This document shows, one piece after another, positions 19,289 to 28,231 of a stretch of 64,000 nt of DNA (within the stretch, counting starts at the first letter, position 1; every line of letters begins with the position of its first letter). Where the stretch lies: NCBI GenBank assembly GCA_965223795.1, contig CBDCXL010000002.1:1568001-1632000 (forward strand). The letters are read 5' to 3'. The stretch is from Nitrospinales bacterium. GTDB taxonomy: Bacteria > Nitrospinota > Nitrospinia > Nitrospinales > VA-1. The position numbers were made by a program, and so were the translations under genes. Under the pieces are notes generated by a model that was given only the letters and a program-made list of their open reading frames with translations, searched no databases and was not told the DNA's origin.

Positions 19289-19810
19289 TCAGTATAAAAC
19301 TTCGCTTTGGGGGTTCAACGGCATATTGCCGAAGCCGTCCTTTTTCAAGGATTTCAGGGAGAGGGTCATGGCGGTCTCGTCGCAGTTGTCCTTGTGCAGG
19401 CAGCCTTCGCAGTCGTTGTAGACTTTCACGGGCAAAGACTGTTTGTCGACCACGTTGAAACCGAGGCGGGTGAACAGATCGACGGCGTAGGTGAACACGA
19501 ACAGCGTTTCGTTGCCGGGGGCGAGCGCTTCCTCGATGCAGGCGCGCACCAGGGCGCTGCCGATGCCCTGCCGGTAGTGGGCGGGATGCACGGCCAGAGA
19601 GCGGATCTCCAAAAGCGGTTCCCATCCGGTTTTGAGGCTGCACAGGCCGACGATGTGGCCCTGCCGCTCGGCAACCCAGAACTCGCCGATGTTGCGCCGG
19701 ATCTCATCGAGCGTGCGCGCGAGCATCTGGCCCTGCTCCGCATAAAGCAGAATCAGGCTCTGGATTTCCGTTGCGTCTTCGATTGTGGCTTTGCGAATCA
19801 TGTTCCTCAT
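19289..19810 (-). CDS. GNAT acetyltransferase, short ArgA-like N-acetylglutamate synthase
   Basis: LEIRSLAVHP..RQGIGSALV and C-terminal C..C....CDE.AM; near argH. Start uncertain. Confidence 0.8.
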   Translation of the reverse strand: MRNMIRKATIEDATEIQSLILLYAEQGQMLARTLDEIRRNIGEFWVAERQGHIVGLCSLKTGWEPLLEIRSLAVHPAHYRQGIGSALVRACIEEALAPGNETLFVFTYAVDLFTRLGFNVVDKQSLPVKVYNDCEGCLHKDNCDETAMTLSLKSLKKDGFGNMPLNPQSEVLY

Positions 19811-19825
19811 TATTCCAGCCGCCAT

Positions 19826-21037
19826 TCACACGGCTTTTTGATCGCTCCCGGCCGCAGGATCATCCAGCTTGCGGGTGACGGCGTCGAGCAGATCCCGGTG
19901 CGTGGCCACCGCGTCGCCGGGATAGGAGACGGCGGCCAGACTGAGCTTGAGCGTTTCGAATCCTTCGAAATCCGGGAACGACAGCCCTTTGAGAGCGTCC
20001 TCGATCCGTTCGGCGACGCGCGCCGCGCCCGGCCCGTCGATATTGGGCAGCAGCGCCAGAAACTCATCCTTGTCCGTCCGGATCAGGGTGTCGCAGGAAC
20101 GGCAGTGATTTCTGAGGAGCGAGCCGATGCTTTTCTGGATGGTGTCCGCTGCGGATTCCCCCCAAGTATCCAAAAGATCGCCGAAATAGTCAATGCGCAT
20201 TTTGATGCAGGACAGGCTCTTGCCCCGGCGTTTCGCCAGATCGAACTCGCGGAACAGCACCGGATCGAGATACGCCCGATTGTACAGTCCGGTGGGCTCG
20301 TCGGTGACGGTGCCGGATTCGAGCCGCTCGATCAACAGGATGTGGTCGATGGCGATGGCGAGCTTTTCCGCCATGCCTTCGAGAAAATCGGTGCGCAGTC
20401 CGGGGTAAAAATGAAACGCCCGCGGGCTGCCGAGCACGATGGCCCCGGCGATGTCGCCGCGCACGCGGATGGGGATGAGCGCCTCGGAGCGGACGGACTC
20501 GGTCGCCTCGGGATCGTCGAACACATGGGAATCGCCCTTCACCTCGCCGCGCAGCACGGGTTTGCCGCCTTCTTCGAACCAGGCGGCCACGGTGTCCGCA
20601 GTGATGAATTTCAGCGCCTTGTTTTTGACCGTCCCGTATTTTTCGCGCAGGCGGTTTTCGATGAAATGATCGCCGCCCTCGGCCAGGCACACGCGCACGT
20701 GCGGGATGGCGAAGCGGGTGGTGATCTCTTCTTCGAGCTGGCTCACCAGTTGATCGAGGTTGGAGCTTTTGAGGATCAGCCGTTCGATCTCCGCCAGGTG
20801 TTCTTGAATGGTCTGGTTGGCCTGGGACACTTCCACCAGCCAGTCGAGGTGGCTTTGCAGGTGCGCCTTGTCGTCGTGCGCCCGCTTGATGATGCGGTCG
20901 GCGAGGCTCACGGTGCCGGCCGGCAAAAGCGGCAGGTCCGCCTCGTCGATGGCCTTTATCTTTTTCAACAGTTCAGGGTAGTCGTTGAAAAATTCCAAAT
21001 GCTCGTTCAAGTAAAGGGCGATTTGGTCTTTGTCCAT
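19826..21037 (-). CDS. DUF484/GAF plus degenerate GGDEF domain protein
   Basis: IALYLNEHLEFF..YPELL (DUF484/YigA-like), LGS...F.PGLRTDFL, then TDEPTGLYNR...RSCDTLIRTDKDEF. Confidence 0.85.
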   Translation of the reverse strand: MDKDQIALYLNEHLEFFNDYPELLKKIKAIDEADLPLLPAGTVSLADRIIKRAHDDKAHLQSHLDWLVEVSQANQTIQEHLAEIERLILKSSNLDQLVSQLEEEITTRFAIPHVRVCLAEGGDHFIENRLREKYGTVKNKALKFITADTVAAWFEEGGKPVLRGEVKGDSHVFDDPEATESVRSEALIPIRVRGDIAGAIVLGSPRAFHFYPGLRTDFLEGMAEKLAIAIDHILLIERLESGTVTDEPTGLYNRAYLDPVLFREFDLAKRRGKSLSCIKMRIDYFGDLLDTWGESAADTIQKSIGSLLRNHCRSCDTLIRTDKDEFLALLPNIDGPGAARVAERIEDALKGLSFPDFEGFETLKLSLAAVSYPGDAVATHRDLLDAVTRKLDDPAAGSDQKAV

Positions 21038-21186
21038 GCGCGTATCCTTGTAAAAAGGAATGAATGGAGTGTCCGATGATCAGGGTGCTGCTCTACGGAA
21101 AAATACCGGCACAGTATAAAACGATACAAGAGTCAAATATCCCAATTCCGGCAGCGGCCACGGCATCCAGGGTTCGCAGCCGTTCG

Positions 21187-21324
21187 TCAGTAGCCGGGGG
21201 AGTTTCGGGGCGGCGGCTTGCCGTCGCCGGAACTGGGCGGCGCTTTGTGGCCGCAGGCGATGGGGAAACAGAGCGCCGCCAAAATCAGAACGGCGGTCAG
21301 CAATTTCACGCAGGTCCGTTTCAT
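21187..21324 (-). CDS. small lipoprotein (LptM/LppL-like)
   Basis: Signal peptide plus IAC-GHKAPP, resembling CGxKGP lipoproteins found next to argH/lysA. Confidence 0.65.
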   Translation of the reverse strand: MKRTCVKLLTAVLILAALCFPIACGHKAPPSSGDGKPPPRNSPGY

Positions 21325-21346
21325 GGTTGCATCCTCAATGCGTTGG

Positions 21347-22741
21347 TTATTTTTTTGCGGCGCTGCGGGCATTCAATTGCTTGCGCCAGCGCGCGATCTG
21401 CTCGCGCACGCGTTTTTTCGCGGTGCCGCCGTAAGATAGCTTTGCATTCACAGAGTTTTCGATGCGGAGCTTATCGTAAATATCCGCTTCGATTTTCGCG
21501 GAAATCTTTTTCAGCTCGGCGTGCGGGATCCCGGCGAGCGTGGTCTTGCGCTTCAGGCACAGCGCCACGGTCTTGCCGGTGATGGCGTGCGCTTCGCGGA
21601 ACGGCACGCCTTTCATCGCCAGGTAATCGGCGAGGTCGGTGGCGGTCATGAATCCGCGCGCTTCCAGATCATCCGGATCGAGCTTTTTGAACTTCGCGGT
21701 TTTGAGCATGCCGTTCATCACGTTCAAAGACGCGCGCACGGTCTCCACGGTGTCGAACAGGGGTTCCTTGTCTTCCTGCAGATCGCGGTTGTAGGCGAGC
21801 GGCAGCGATTTCATCAGCGTCAGCAGCGCCATGAGGTTGCCGTACACCCGGCCGGTTTTCCCGCGCACCAGTTCGGCGGGATCGGGATTTTTTTTCTGCG
21901 GCATGATGCTCGATCCGGTGGCGAACGCATCGGACAATTCGATGAACTCGAATTCGCTGGAAGACCACAGGATGATTTCCTCGCACAGGCGGCTCAGGTG
22001 CATCATGACGATGGATGCGGCGGCGAGAAACTCGACGATGAAATCCCGATCGCCCACCGCGTCCATGCTGTTGGCGGACACGGCTTTGAATTTCAACAGC
22101 CGCGCCGTGTATTTCCGGTCGATGGGGAAATTGGTGCCGGCGAGCGCGGCGGAGCCCAGGGGCATCACATCGATGCGCTTGAGCGCGTCGATGAACCGTT
22201 CCTTATCGCGCATCAGCATCTCCAGGTGCGCGAGCAGATGGTGCGACAGCAGCACCGGCTGCGCCCGCTGCAAATGCGTGTAACCGGGCAGGATGTTCCC
22301 CAGGTTTTTGTCGGCCAACGCGAGCAGGGTTTTGCCAAGCTGCGTGATCTCTTTGATGAGGGCCTGCGTTTCTTCGCGAAGGTACAGCCGCACATCGAGG
22401 CACACCTGATCGTTGCGGCTGCGCGCGGTGTGCAGCTTGCCCGCCACCGGGCCGATCAACTCGGCCAGGCGGGTTTCGATGTTCATGTGGATGTCTTCCA
22501 GATCCTCGCGCAGCGGGAACGCGCCGGTCTCGAATTCCTTTAATATTTTTCCGAGTCCCTGGATGATTTTTTTCGACTCGGCGGCGGTGAGGATCTTGCA
22601 CTTTTCCAGCATTTTGCAGTGGGCGATGCTGCCTTCGATGTCGTGCCGGTAGAGCACTTGGTCGAAACCGATGGAGGCGGAAAACCGTTCCATCAAGCGG
22701 TCGGTCGCATCGCTGAATCTGCCGCTCCAGGGTTTTTTCAA
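21347..22741 (-). CDS. argH: argininosuccinate lyase
   Basis: WSGRF, HTARSRNDQ and GSSIMPQKKNPD motifs. Confidence 0.98.
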   Translation of the reverse strand: MKKPWSGRFSDATDRLMERFSASIGFDQVLYRHDIEGSIAHCKMLEKCKILTAAESKKIIQGLGKILKEFETGAFPLREDLEDIHMNIETRLAELIGPVAGKLHTARSRNDQVCLDVRLYLREETQALIKEITQLGKTLLALADKNLGNILPGYTHLQRAQPVLLSHHLLAHLEMLMRDKERFIDALKRIDVMPLGSAALAGTNFPIDRKYTARLLKFKAVSANSMDAVGDRDFIVEFLAAASIVMMHLSRLCEEIILWSSSEFEFIELSDAFATGSSIMPQKKNPDPAELVRGKTGRVYGNLMALLTLMKSLPLAYNRDLQEDKEPLFDTVETVRASLNVMNGMLKTAKFKKLDPDDLEARGFMTATDLADYLAMKGVPFREAHAITGKTVALCLKRKTTLAGIPHAELKKISAKIEADIYDKLRIENSVNAKLSYGGTAKKRVREQIARWRKQLNARSAAKK

Positions 22742-22852
22742 GACGCCATCTCCAACAGAGCGGACAACCGCTTCATCACTTTTACGGAAAAAGGCTCGTT
22801 CACGGCTTGCACTCCAAATGCGGGTGACGCGATCCGGGGATGAAACAAAAAT

Positions 22853-24004
22853 TCACGCGGCCGGGCGGGGAAGGGCGTCGGGCCGGGTCTGCCACTTGTC
22901 CTTTTGCACGATGTTCACCCGGGTCCCTTCGGGAACCATTTTGGCGAGAAAATGCAGGTACCACTCCTGGATGTTGGGACAGCCGGCGCTGCCGTTGCGC
23001 CAGTCGAAATTCTTCTTGAAAAATTCGTTCACCTTGTTCGCGTTGACGCCGTGCAGGCCGTAGCTGCCGGGAACCTGGGCGCCGATTTTTTTCATGCCCA
23101 GCCACCAGTAGCCGATCTCGTGATCCTGGTGCCCGAACGGAATGGCGCGCACTTTCACATTGCCGCCGACACGTTCCTTTTTATACCAGGTGGGTTTGTA
23201 GACCTTGTTGACGATGCGGTATTCGCCGGTCGGCGTTTCCTCGCCCACGCGGCCGAATATCGATTCGATTTCAAGGATTTCCTCGTCGTTGTAGTGAATG
23301 CGGATCACGCCGCTGTCCACGATGCCTAGAATATACCACAGGTTCGGATCGGTTTTGTAACTGGCGATCTCCCGCTTGTTGAAGTACAGGCCGACGCGGC
23401 CGCCCCGGCGGATGTATTCGGTGCGCGGGTCGTTGTACACCTGCTTGACGATGTATTTGAGATTTTCGGTGACCCGGTTGTTCTGGATCATGCGCTCGAC
23501 CATTTCGCTGAGCTCGCGGTTGTTTTTGCGGGAACGCGCGAGTTCGAGGGCGGCGGTCTCAAGGTCTTTGCGGATGCGCTCGTAGCCTTCCACTGACACC
23601 AGGCCGACGCTGTTGAGCCCGGCGTAAAAGGCGAAATCCATCTCGCGCTGCGTTTCCTGATCGAGCAGAAACTGGTAGACCACCCATCCCGCCGCGATCA
23701 GCGTCATCAAGGCAGCGGCGGTGACTTTGAGAGCGTCCTTGACCCGTTTGGAAACACGGTAGCGGGCCACTTCGAATTTGACTTTTTTTTCCTTGTCTTC
23801 CAGCGCGAGGAAACGGGCCTGCTTGAATTTTTGGAAGATGCGCTGTTCCAGGTGGGAGCGGGAGAAGGGATTGCCGCGCAGTTTATCGATGACGCGGTAG
23901 AGGTTTTCCCGGGTTTTGCGGTCGTAGCTGCCGCGGGGGTCCTTGTTGGCGATGAGGTTGTAATCGGCCACTTTCAGGACCGAAAGCTTGCTGTTTTCAC
24001 TCAT
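22853..24004 (-). CDS. membrane-anchored L,D-transpeptidase (YkuD family) with novel N-terminal domain
   Basis: TM helix, coiled coil, ETPTGEYRIVNK..KPTW and YGLHG...GSAGC catalytic pattern. Confidence 0.82.
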   Translation of the reverse strand: MSENSKLSVLKVADYNLIANKDPRGSYDRKTRENLYRVIDKLRGNPFSRSHLEQRIFQKFKQARFLALEDKEKKVKFEVARYRVSKRVKDALKVTAAALMTLIAAGWVVYQFLLDQETQREMDFAFYAGLNSVGLVSVEGYERIRKDLETAALELARSRKNNRELSEMVERMIQNNRVTENLKYIVKQVYNDPRTEYIRRGGRVGLYFNKREIASYKTDPNLWYILGIVDSGVIRIHYNDEEILEIESIFGRVGEETPTGEYRIVNKVYKPTWYKKERVGGNVKVRAIPFGHQDHEIGYWWLGMKKIGAQVPGSYGLHGVNANKVNEFFKKNFDWRNGSAGCPNIQEWYLHFLAKMVPEGTRVNIVQKDKWQTRPDALPRPAA

Positions 24005-24144
24005 GCGGCCAACTCGGAATGCGAAAGGTTGTCTGTGCCGGTGTCCGGCCGGAGCCGGGAAACCGTGGTGCCTCACCTCCTAAGAAGTTAACAGTTTAAA
24101 CAAAATACATTCAATTTCCAAGTAATTTATCCCAAAACCCCTTG

Positions 24145-24705
24145 TTATCCCGTGGATAACAGCCGTTTCGGCCTGGTTTTTTCCTTGACCGAAAATTCCT
24201 GCGGCTGCCGGGGCATGGTGCTTTTGCCTTCGAAGATGGCGCCCATCTCGATGTGGATCGAAGGGGTCTGGACGGTGCCCTTGAGCATGCCGCCGTCGGC
24301 GATCTTCACCCGGCTGAGCGCCTGCACGTCGCCTTCGATGCGACCTTCGCAGATCACGGCGCCGGCCGACACACTGCCCCGTACCCAGCCCTTGGGCTCG
24401 ACGATGAGGGTCTCCTTCAGGATGATCTCGCCGTCGAAATGGCCGCGCACGCGCATGCCGCCGGGATGCAGGATGCGGCCTTCGGACTCGGTGCCGGATT
24501 CGAGCAGGATGTCGAAATGGCTGTCGGAAAATTTCCGGTAGATCTTTTTTTCACGGCTCGAACAGCGGTTCAGGTTGTCCGCGAGTTTCTGGATGATGCG
24601 GTAGAGGTTCTCGCGGGTCGTGGTGTCGTAGGTGCCGCCGGGCGCCGTGTCCTTGATCAGGTTGTACTCGGATGCGGTCAATACTTTGAATTTTTTTCCA
24701 AACAT
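24145..24705 (-). CDS. bactofilin (polymer-forming cytoskeletal protein) with extra N-terminal domain
   Basis: VRGHFDGEI..LIV...G.V.A..V..EGRIEGDV.A...I...G...G.V....I.IEMGAIFEG beta-helix repeats. Confidence 0.88.
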   Translation of the reverse strand: MFGKKFKVLTASEYNLIKDTAPGGTYDTTTRENLYRIIQKLADNLNRCSSREKKIYRKFSDSHFDILLESGTESEGRILHPGGMRVRGHFDGEIILKETLIVEPKGWVRGSVSAGAVICEGRIEGDVQALSRVKIADGGMLKGTVQTPSIHIEMGAIFEGKSTMPRQPQEFSVKEKTRPKRLLSTG

Positions 24706-24708
24706 GGC

Positions 24709-26025
24709 TCAGTGCACGCTTCCGGAAAGGCGTCCGAACATCCCTGCCAGACTGGGTTTGCCTTTCCTTTCGAGGTAATTGAGGATGTCCCTGTTGTCGT
24801 CCGCCAGGGTCGGACTGGATTCGTTGCCGGTGACGATGCTCTCCGCGACCAGGTCCATTCGGGCGCGCAGGGATTTGTCCTTGTTGTAAAACAAGGCGCC
24901 GCGGTTGTTGGTGATTTTGATGATCTTGTGCTGCGGCATCATCCCGACGATGTGTATCCGGTCTTTGTATTTCTGGAATTTGTCCAGGGTATCAAGATAC
25001 TCTCTCAGACGATTAAGGCAAGCGGAAATTTCGTGCGTTTCCTCACATCGGTTGAAGAAAATTCCTATTTTCTTGTTCCGAAACACTTCGTCCAGCGCGG
25101 CGGGTCCTTTTTTGGCGATCACCCGGTTCACGTACGCCTTGTCGAGGTTTGTCAAACGGCTCTTTTGGTACTCTTCGAGAAAATCCTCGTAATAGTCGAT
25201 GAAGGTGTGCAGCGCGTCGATGCTGCCGTTGATGGCAATGGTGTTCGACATGTCGAACACGAGCACCACCTGATCGATGGCGTTCATCAGGGAGGACATG
25301 TGGCTGATGCCGCCGGCGGGCGTGTCGAGGATGACGTGCTCGAACTTTTCGAACACGCTGTTTAAAAACTCGAGAAACAGCACCAGGAACGCGGGCTCGT
25401 TGATGCGCTTTCGGTGCTTCTTTTTGCCCAGCACCGGAACTTCTCCGCCGATGATGGAAAAGCCGTACTCTTCGATGTGATTGACGTACTCTTCGACGAT
25501 GGGCTGCGAGTTGGCCTGCACCTGATCGAGCCGCTTGCGGAACGCGGTGAGGTCGATCTGGTCGAGCACGGGTTTCAGTTCTTTGAGCTGGCTTATGCTT
25601 TCGATCCGGGAGCGGTTGAGAAACAGATCGTAGATGGCGTCACCGAACTCAAACTGGGAAAAGTGAAACAACTGGGTGCCCAGCGTCTTATATAACGAAA
25701 AGCTTTTTGCCAGGTGGCGGTGGTTGCGATCGAGATCGCCTTCGAAAAAATTGTGGAAGGTGACGAGGATGCGGTACAGGGTGTGTAAAAAATCCCCCTG
25801 GTAGGTTTTGTTGTCGAGCGTTTCAAACAGATCGAAGAAGGTTTTTTTGGGATGGCTGTCGAGGATGCTGGAGACGGTGGGGAGCCTGAGGTCCAGATCC
25901 ACCAGGCAGACGGGATCGCGGTTTTGTTTCTGCTCCAGTGCGCGGGTCAGCGCGGCGGCGGTGTTGATGGACAACGTGGTTTTACCGATGCCGCCTTTCG
26001 GGCCGATGATGGAAACGATGGCCAT
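24709..26025 (-). CDS. MinD/ParA-family ATPase with large insertion
   Basis: Deviant Walker A PKGGIGKTT, LVDLDL, VILDTPAG; C-terminal amphipathic SLAGMFGRLSG. Confidence 0.85.
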   Translation of the reverse strand: MAIVSIIGPKGGIGKTTLSINTAAALTRALEQKQNRDPVCLVDLDLRLPTVSSILDSHPKKTFFDLFETLDNKTYQGDFLHTLYRILVTFHNFFEGDLDRNHRHLAKSFSLYKTLGTQLFHFSQFEFGDAIYDLFLNRSRIESISQLKELKPVLDQIDLTAFRKRLDQVQANSQPIVEEYVNHIEEYGFSIIGGEVPVLGKKKHRKRINEPAFLVLFLEFLNSVFEKFEHVILDTPAGGISHMSSLMNAIDQVVLVFDMSNTIAINGSIDALHTFIDYYEDFLEEYQKSRLTNLDKAYVNRVIAKKGPAALDEVFRNKKIGIFFNRCEETHEISACLNRLREYLDTLDKFQKYKDRIHIVGMMPQHKIIKITNNRGALFYNKDKSLRARMDLVAESIVTGNESSPTLADDNRDILNYLERKGKPSLAGMFGRLSGSVH

Positions 26026-26766
26026 TCAACCTTCCTTGCTTTTGCGCGGGCAGCCTTCGAGGATCAACGTGATCTCTCCCTTGAAGGTCCGGGTTTCCGC
26101 CAGTTCGATGAGCGAGCTCAGTCTGCCGCGCACCACTTCTTCAAACTTTTTCGTCAGTTCCCGTGCGAGCGCCGCCCTGCGGTCGCCGAGGGCGGTGTGC
26201 AGATCCTTTAGCGTTTTCAAAATCCGCTGCGGCGATTCGTACAGCACCAGGGTGCGTTTTTCTAAAGCCAGCGCCTCCAGGTGGGTCTTTCTGCCTTTTT
26301 TGCGCGGCAGAAAACCCTCGAACACAAACCGGTCCATCGGCAGCCCGGAAACAGTGAGCGCGGCCAGGACGGCGGAAGGACCGGGCGATGCGATCACACC
26401 GACATCGGCATCGAGCGCCAGCTGCACCAGATGATACAGGGGATCGGAGATCCCAGGCGTCCCCGCATCCGATACCAGGGCGATGTCGTTTCCCTCCTCA
26501 AGCAGCCGGATCAACTGCGGGCCTTTGCGGGCCTGGTTGTGGCTGTTGTAGCTTGCGAGTTTCGACCGGATGGCATAATGGTTCAACAGGATGCGAGTCC
26601 GGCGCGTGTCTTCGGCGGCGATCAGGTGCGCGTTGCGCAACAATTCGATCGCGCGCAGGGTGATGTCGGCGAGATTGCCGATGGGCGTGCTGACAATGAA
26701 CAGGGTTCCTTTGCCGGCGCACTCATCACCGCCGCTATTCATAGCGGAGGAATCCGGAGTCAACAT
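26026..26766 (-). CDS. rsmI: 16S rRNA C1402 2'-O-methyltransferase
   Basis: STPIGNLADITLRA, AEDTR, SDAGTPGISDP and ARELTKKFEE motifs. Confidence 0.96.
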   Translation of the reverse strand: MLTPDSSAMNSGGDECAGKGTLFIVSTPIGNLADITLRAIELLRNAHLIAAEDTRRTRILLNHYAIRSKLASYNSHNQARKGPQLIRLLEEGNDIALVSDAGTPGISDPLYHLVQLALDADVGVIASPGPSAVLAALTVSGLPMDRFVFEGFLPRKKGRKTHLEALALEKRTLVLYESPQRILKTLKDLHTALGDRRAALARELTKKFEEVVRGRLSSLIELAETRTFKGEITLILEGCPRKSKEG

Positions 26767-26802
26767 TACCCCTCAGGCGCAGAATGGTCTCAAAAAACAT
26801 GG

Positions 26803-26817
26803 GTTTCATGGTGAAAC
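26803..26817. promoter_or_regulatory. parS-like palindrome, one base longer than canonical
   Basis: GTTTCA-TGG-TGAAAC, intergenic and downstream of parB. Confidence 0.4.
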
Positions 26818-26927
26818 GCGGCGGGGTGAAAGAGAATCAAGTGTGATCTTGTGCGGTGCTTGCGGTTGGGGGACTCCATCGGCGCGGCGGACTCACCCGG
26901 CGGAAACGCCGGGTGAGCCGTGCGCCA

Positions 26928-27332
26928 TCAGTTTGAGGCGGAACCCGCTGCCTCGATCTTTTCGTTTTTCACCAGCTTGACGATCTTGCTGCTCTGGCCC
27001 GTCATCTCGCACTGGCCGTCGAACACGCCCCCGACTTCCACATTGAGCGCCGGGGTCTTCACGGTCCCCACCACCTGCGAGCTGGAATGGATCTCCACCC
27101 GGTTGGTGGCGTTGATGGTGCCGTCGATCTTGCCCTTGCACACCACGGTGCCCGCGGTGATGTCGGCGACGAGGTGGCCGGTCTCTCCAACGATCAGCGT
27201 GTCCTGAGTCGTCACCTGCCCCTCGAACCTTCCGTCGATCCGCACCGTGCCCTCAAAGCTCAAGGACCCGTTGAACACCGCCTCTTCGCCCATATAGGCT
27301 TTGAGGTGTGCCTCCTCCTTTTTTGATGCCAT
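26928..27332 (-). CDS. bactofilin
   Basis: AYMGEEAVFNGSLSFEGTVRIDGRFEG...GGVFDGQCEM canonical bactofilin domain. Confidence 0.93.
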   Translation of the reverse strand: MASKKEEAHLKAYMGEEAVFNGSLSFEGTVRIDGRFEGQVTTQDTLIVGETGHLVADITAGTVVCKGKIDGTINATNRVEIHSSSQVVGTVKTPALNVEVGGVFDGQCEMTGQSSKIVKLVKNEKIEAAGSASN

Positions 27333-27367
27333 TGTCAACCCTCCACTTGACGTTGCTCAAGGCCTGG

Positions 27368-28231
27368 TCAGCCGATTTTTTTCGAAATCATTCCCAGGAT
27401 GCGGTCGAGGTCTTCATTGGAATAGTACGTGATGACCATCTTGCCGCCTTTTTTCTGGGGGGCTATCTCCACTTTAGTCCCCAGCTTTCTCTGCAGGTCG
27501 GTTTCCAGATTTTTCAGAAACACGTCCTTGGCCGCCGCCTCCCTCTGGGGCTTCGGATTTTTCAACTGCCGCACGCGCGCTTCTACCTGGCGCACGTTGA
27601 GGTTCTTGGCGATGATTTCCTGCCGCAGCAGCTCCAGCTCTTTTGCGGAATCCACGCCCAAAAGGGCGCGTGCGTGCCCCATGGTCAGCCTTCCCGCGAT
27701 GACGTCTTCCTTGATCTTCTGCGGCAGTTTCAACAGCCTCAAGGTGTTGGTGATCGACACGCGGTTTTTGCCCAGCCGCTGGCCGAGCTTTTCCTGCGTC
27801 AACCCGAACTCGTTCAGCAGGCGCTGGTAGGCTTCCGCTTCCTCGATCGGGTTGAGATCCTGCCGGTGGATGTTCTCGATGATCGCAAGTTCCAGCGCCT
27901 GCACGTCGCTGGCTTCGCGCACGATCGCGGGAATCTTTTTCAGGCCGGCTTTCTTGGCCGCCCGCCAGCGGCGTTCGCCGACAATCAGCTCGTAATTATT
28001 TTTGCCCTTTTGGACCACCACCGGCTGCAGCACGCCGTTCTCTTTTATGGAGAGAACGAGTTCTTCCAGCTTGTCGTCGTCGAAATACTTGCGCGGCTGA
28101 AAGCGGTTGGGGGCGATCTCGTCCACCAGCAGCTCGCCCGCGCTGGCTGTGACCGGCGCGGTCTCCGGAACACCCAGCTCGAAATCCGGAATCAGCGCGT
28201 TGATGCCTTTGCCCAAGGCCTTGCGGTTCAT
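27368..28231 (-). CDS. parB: chromosome partitioning protein ParB
   Basis: ALGKGINAL, NRFQPRK, GERRWRA and ENIHRQDLNPIEEA motifs. Confidence 0.97.
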   Translation of the reverse strand: MNRKALGKGINALIPDFELGVPETAPVTASAGELLVDEIAPNRFQPRKYFDDDKLEELVLSIKENGVLQPVVVQKGKNNYELIVGERRWRAAKKAGLKKIPAIVREASDVQALELAIIENIHRQDLNPIEEAEAYQRLLNEFGLTQEKLGQRLGKNRVSITNTLRLLKLPQKIKEDVIAGRLTMGHARALLGVDSAKELELLRQEIIAKNLNVRQVEARVRQLKNPKPQREAAAKDVFLKNLETDLQRKLGTKVEIAPQKKGGKMVITYYSNEDLDRILGMISKKIG

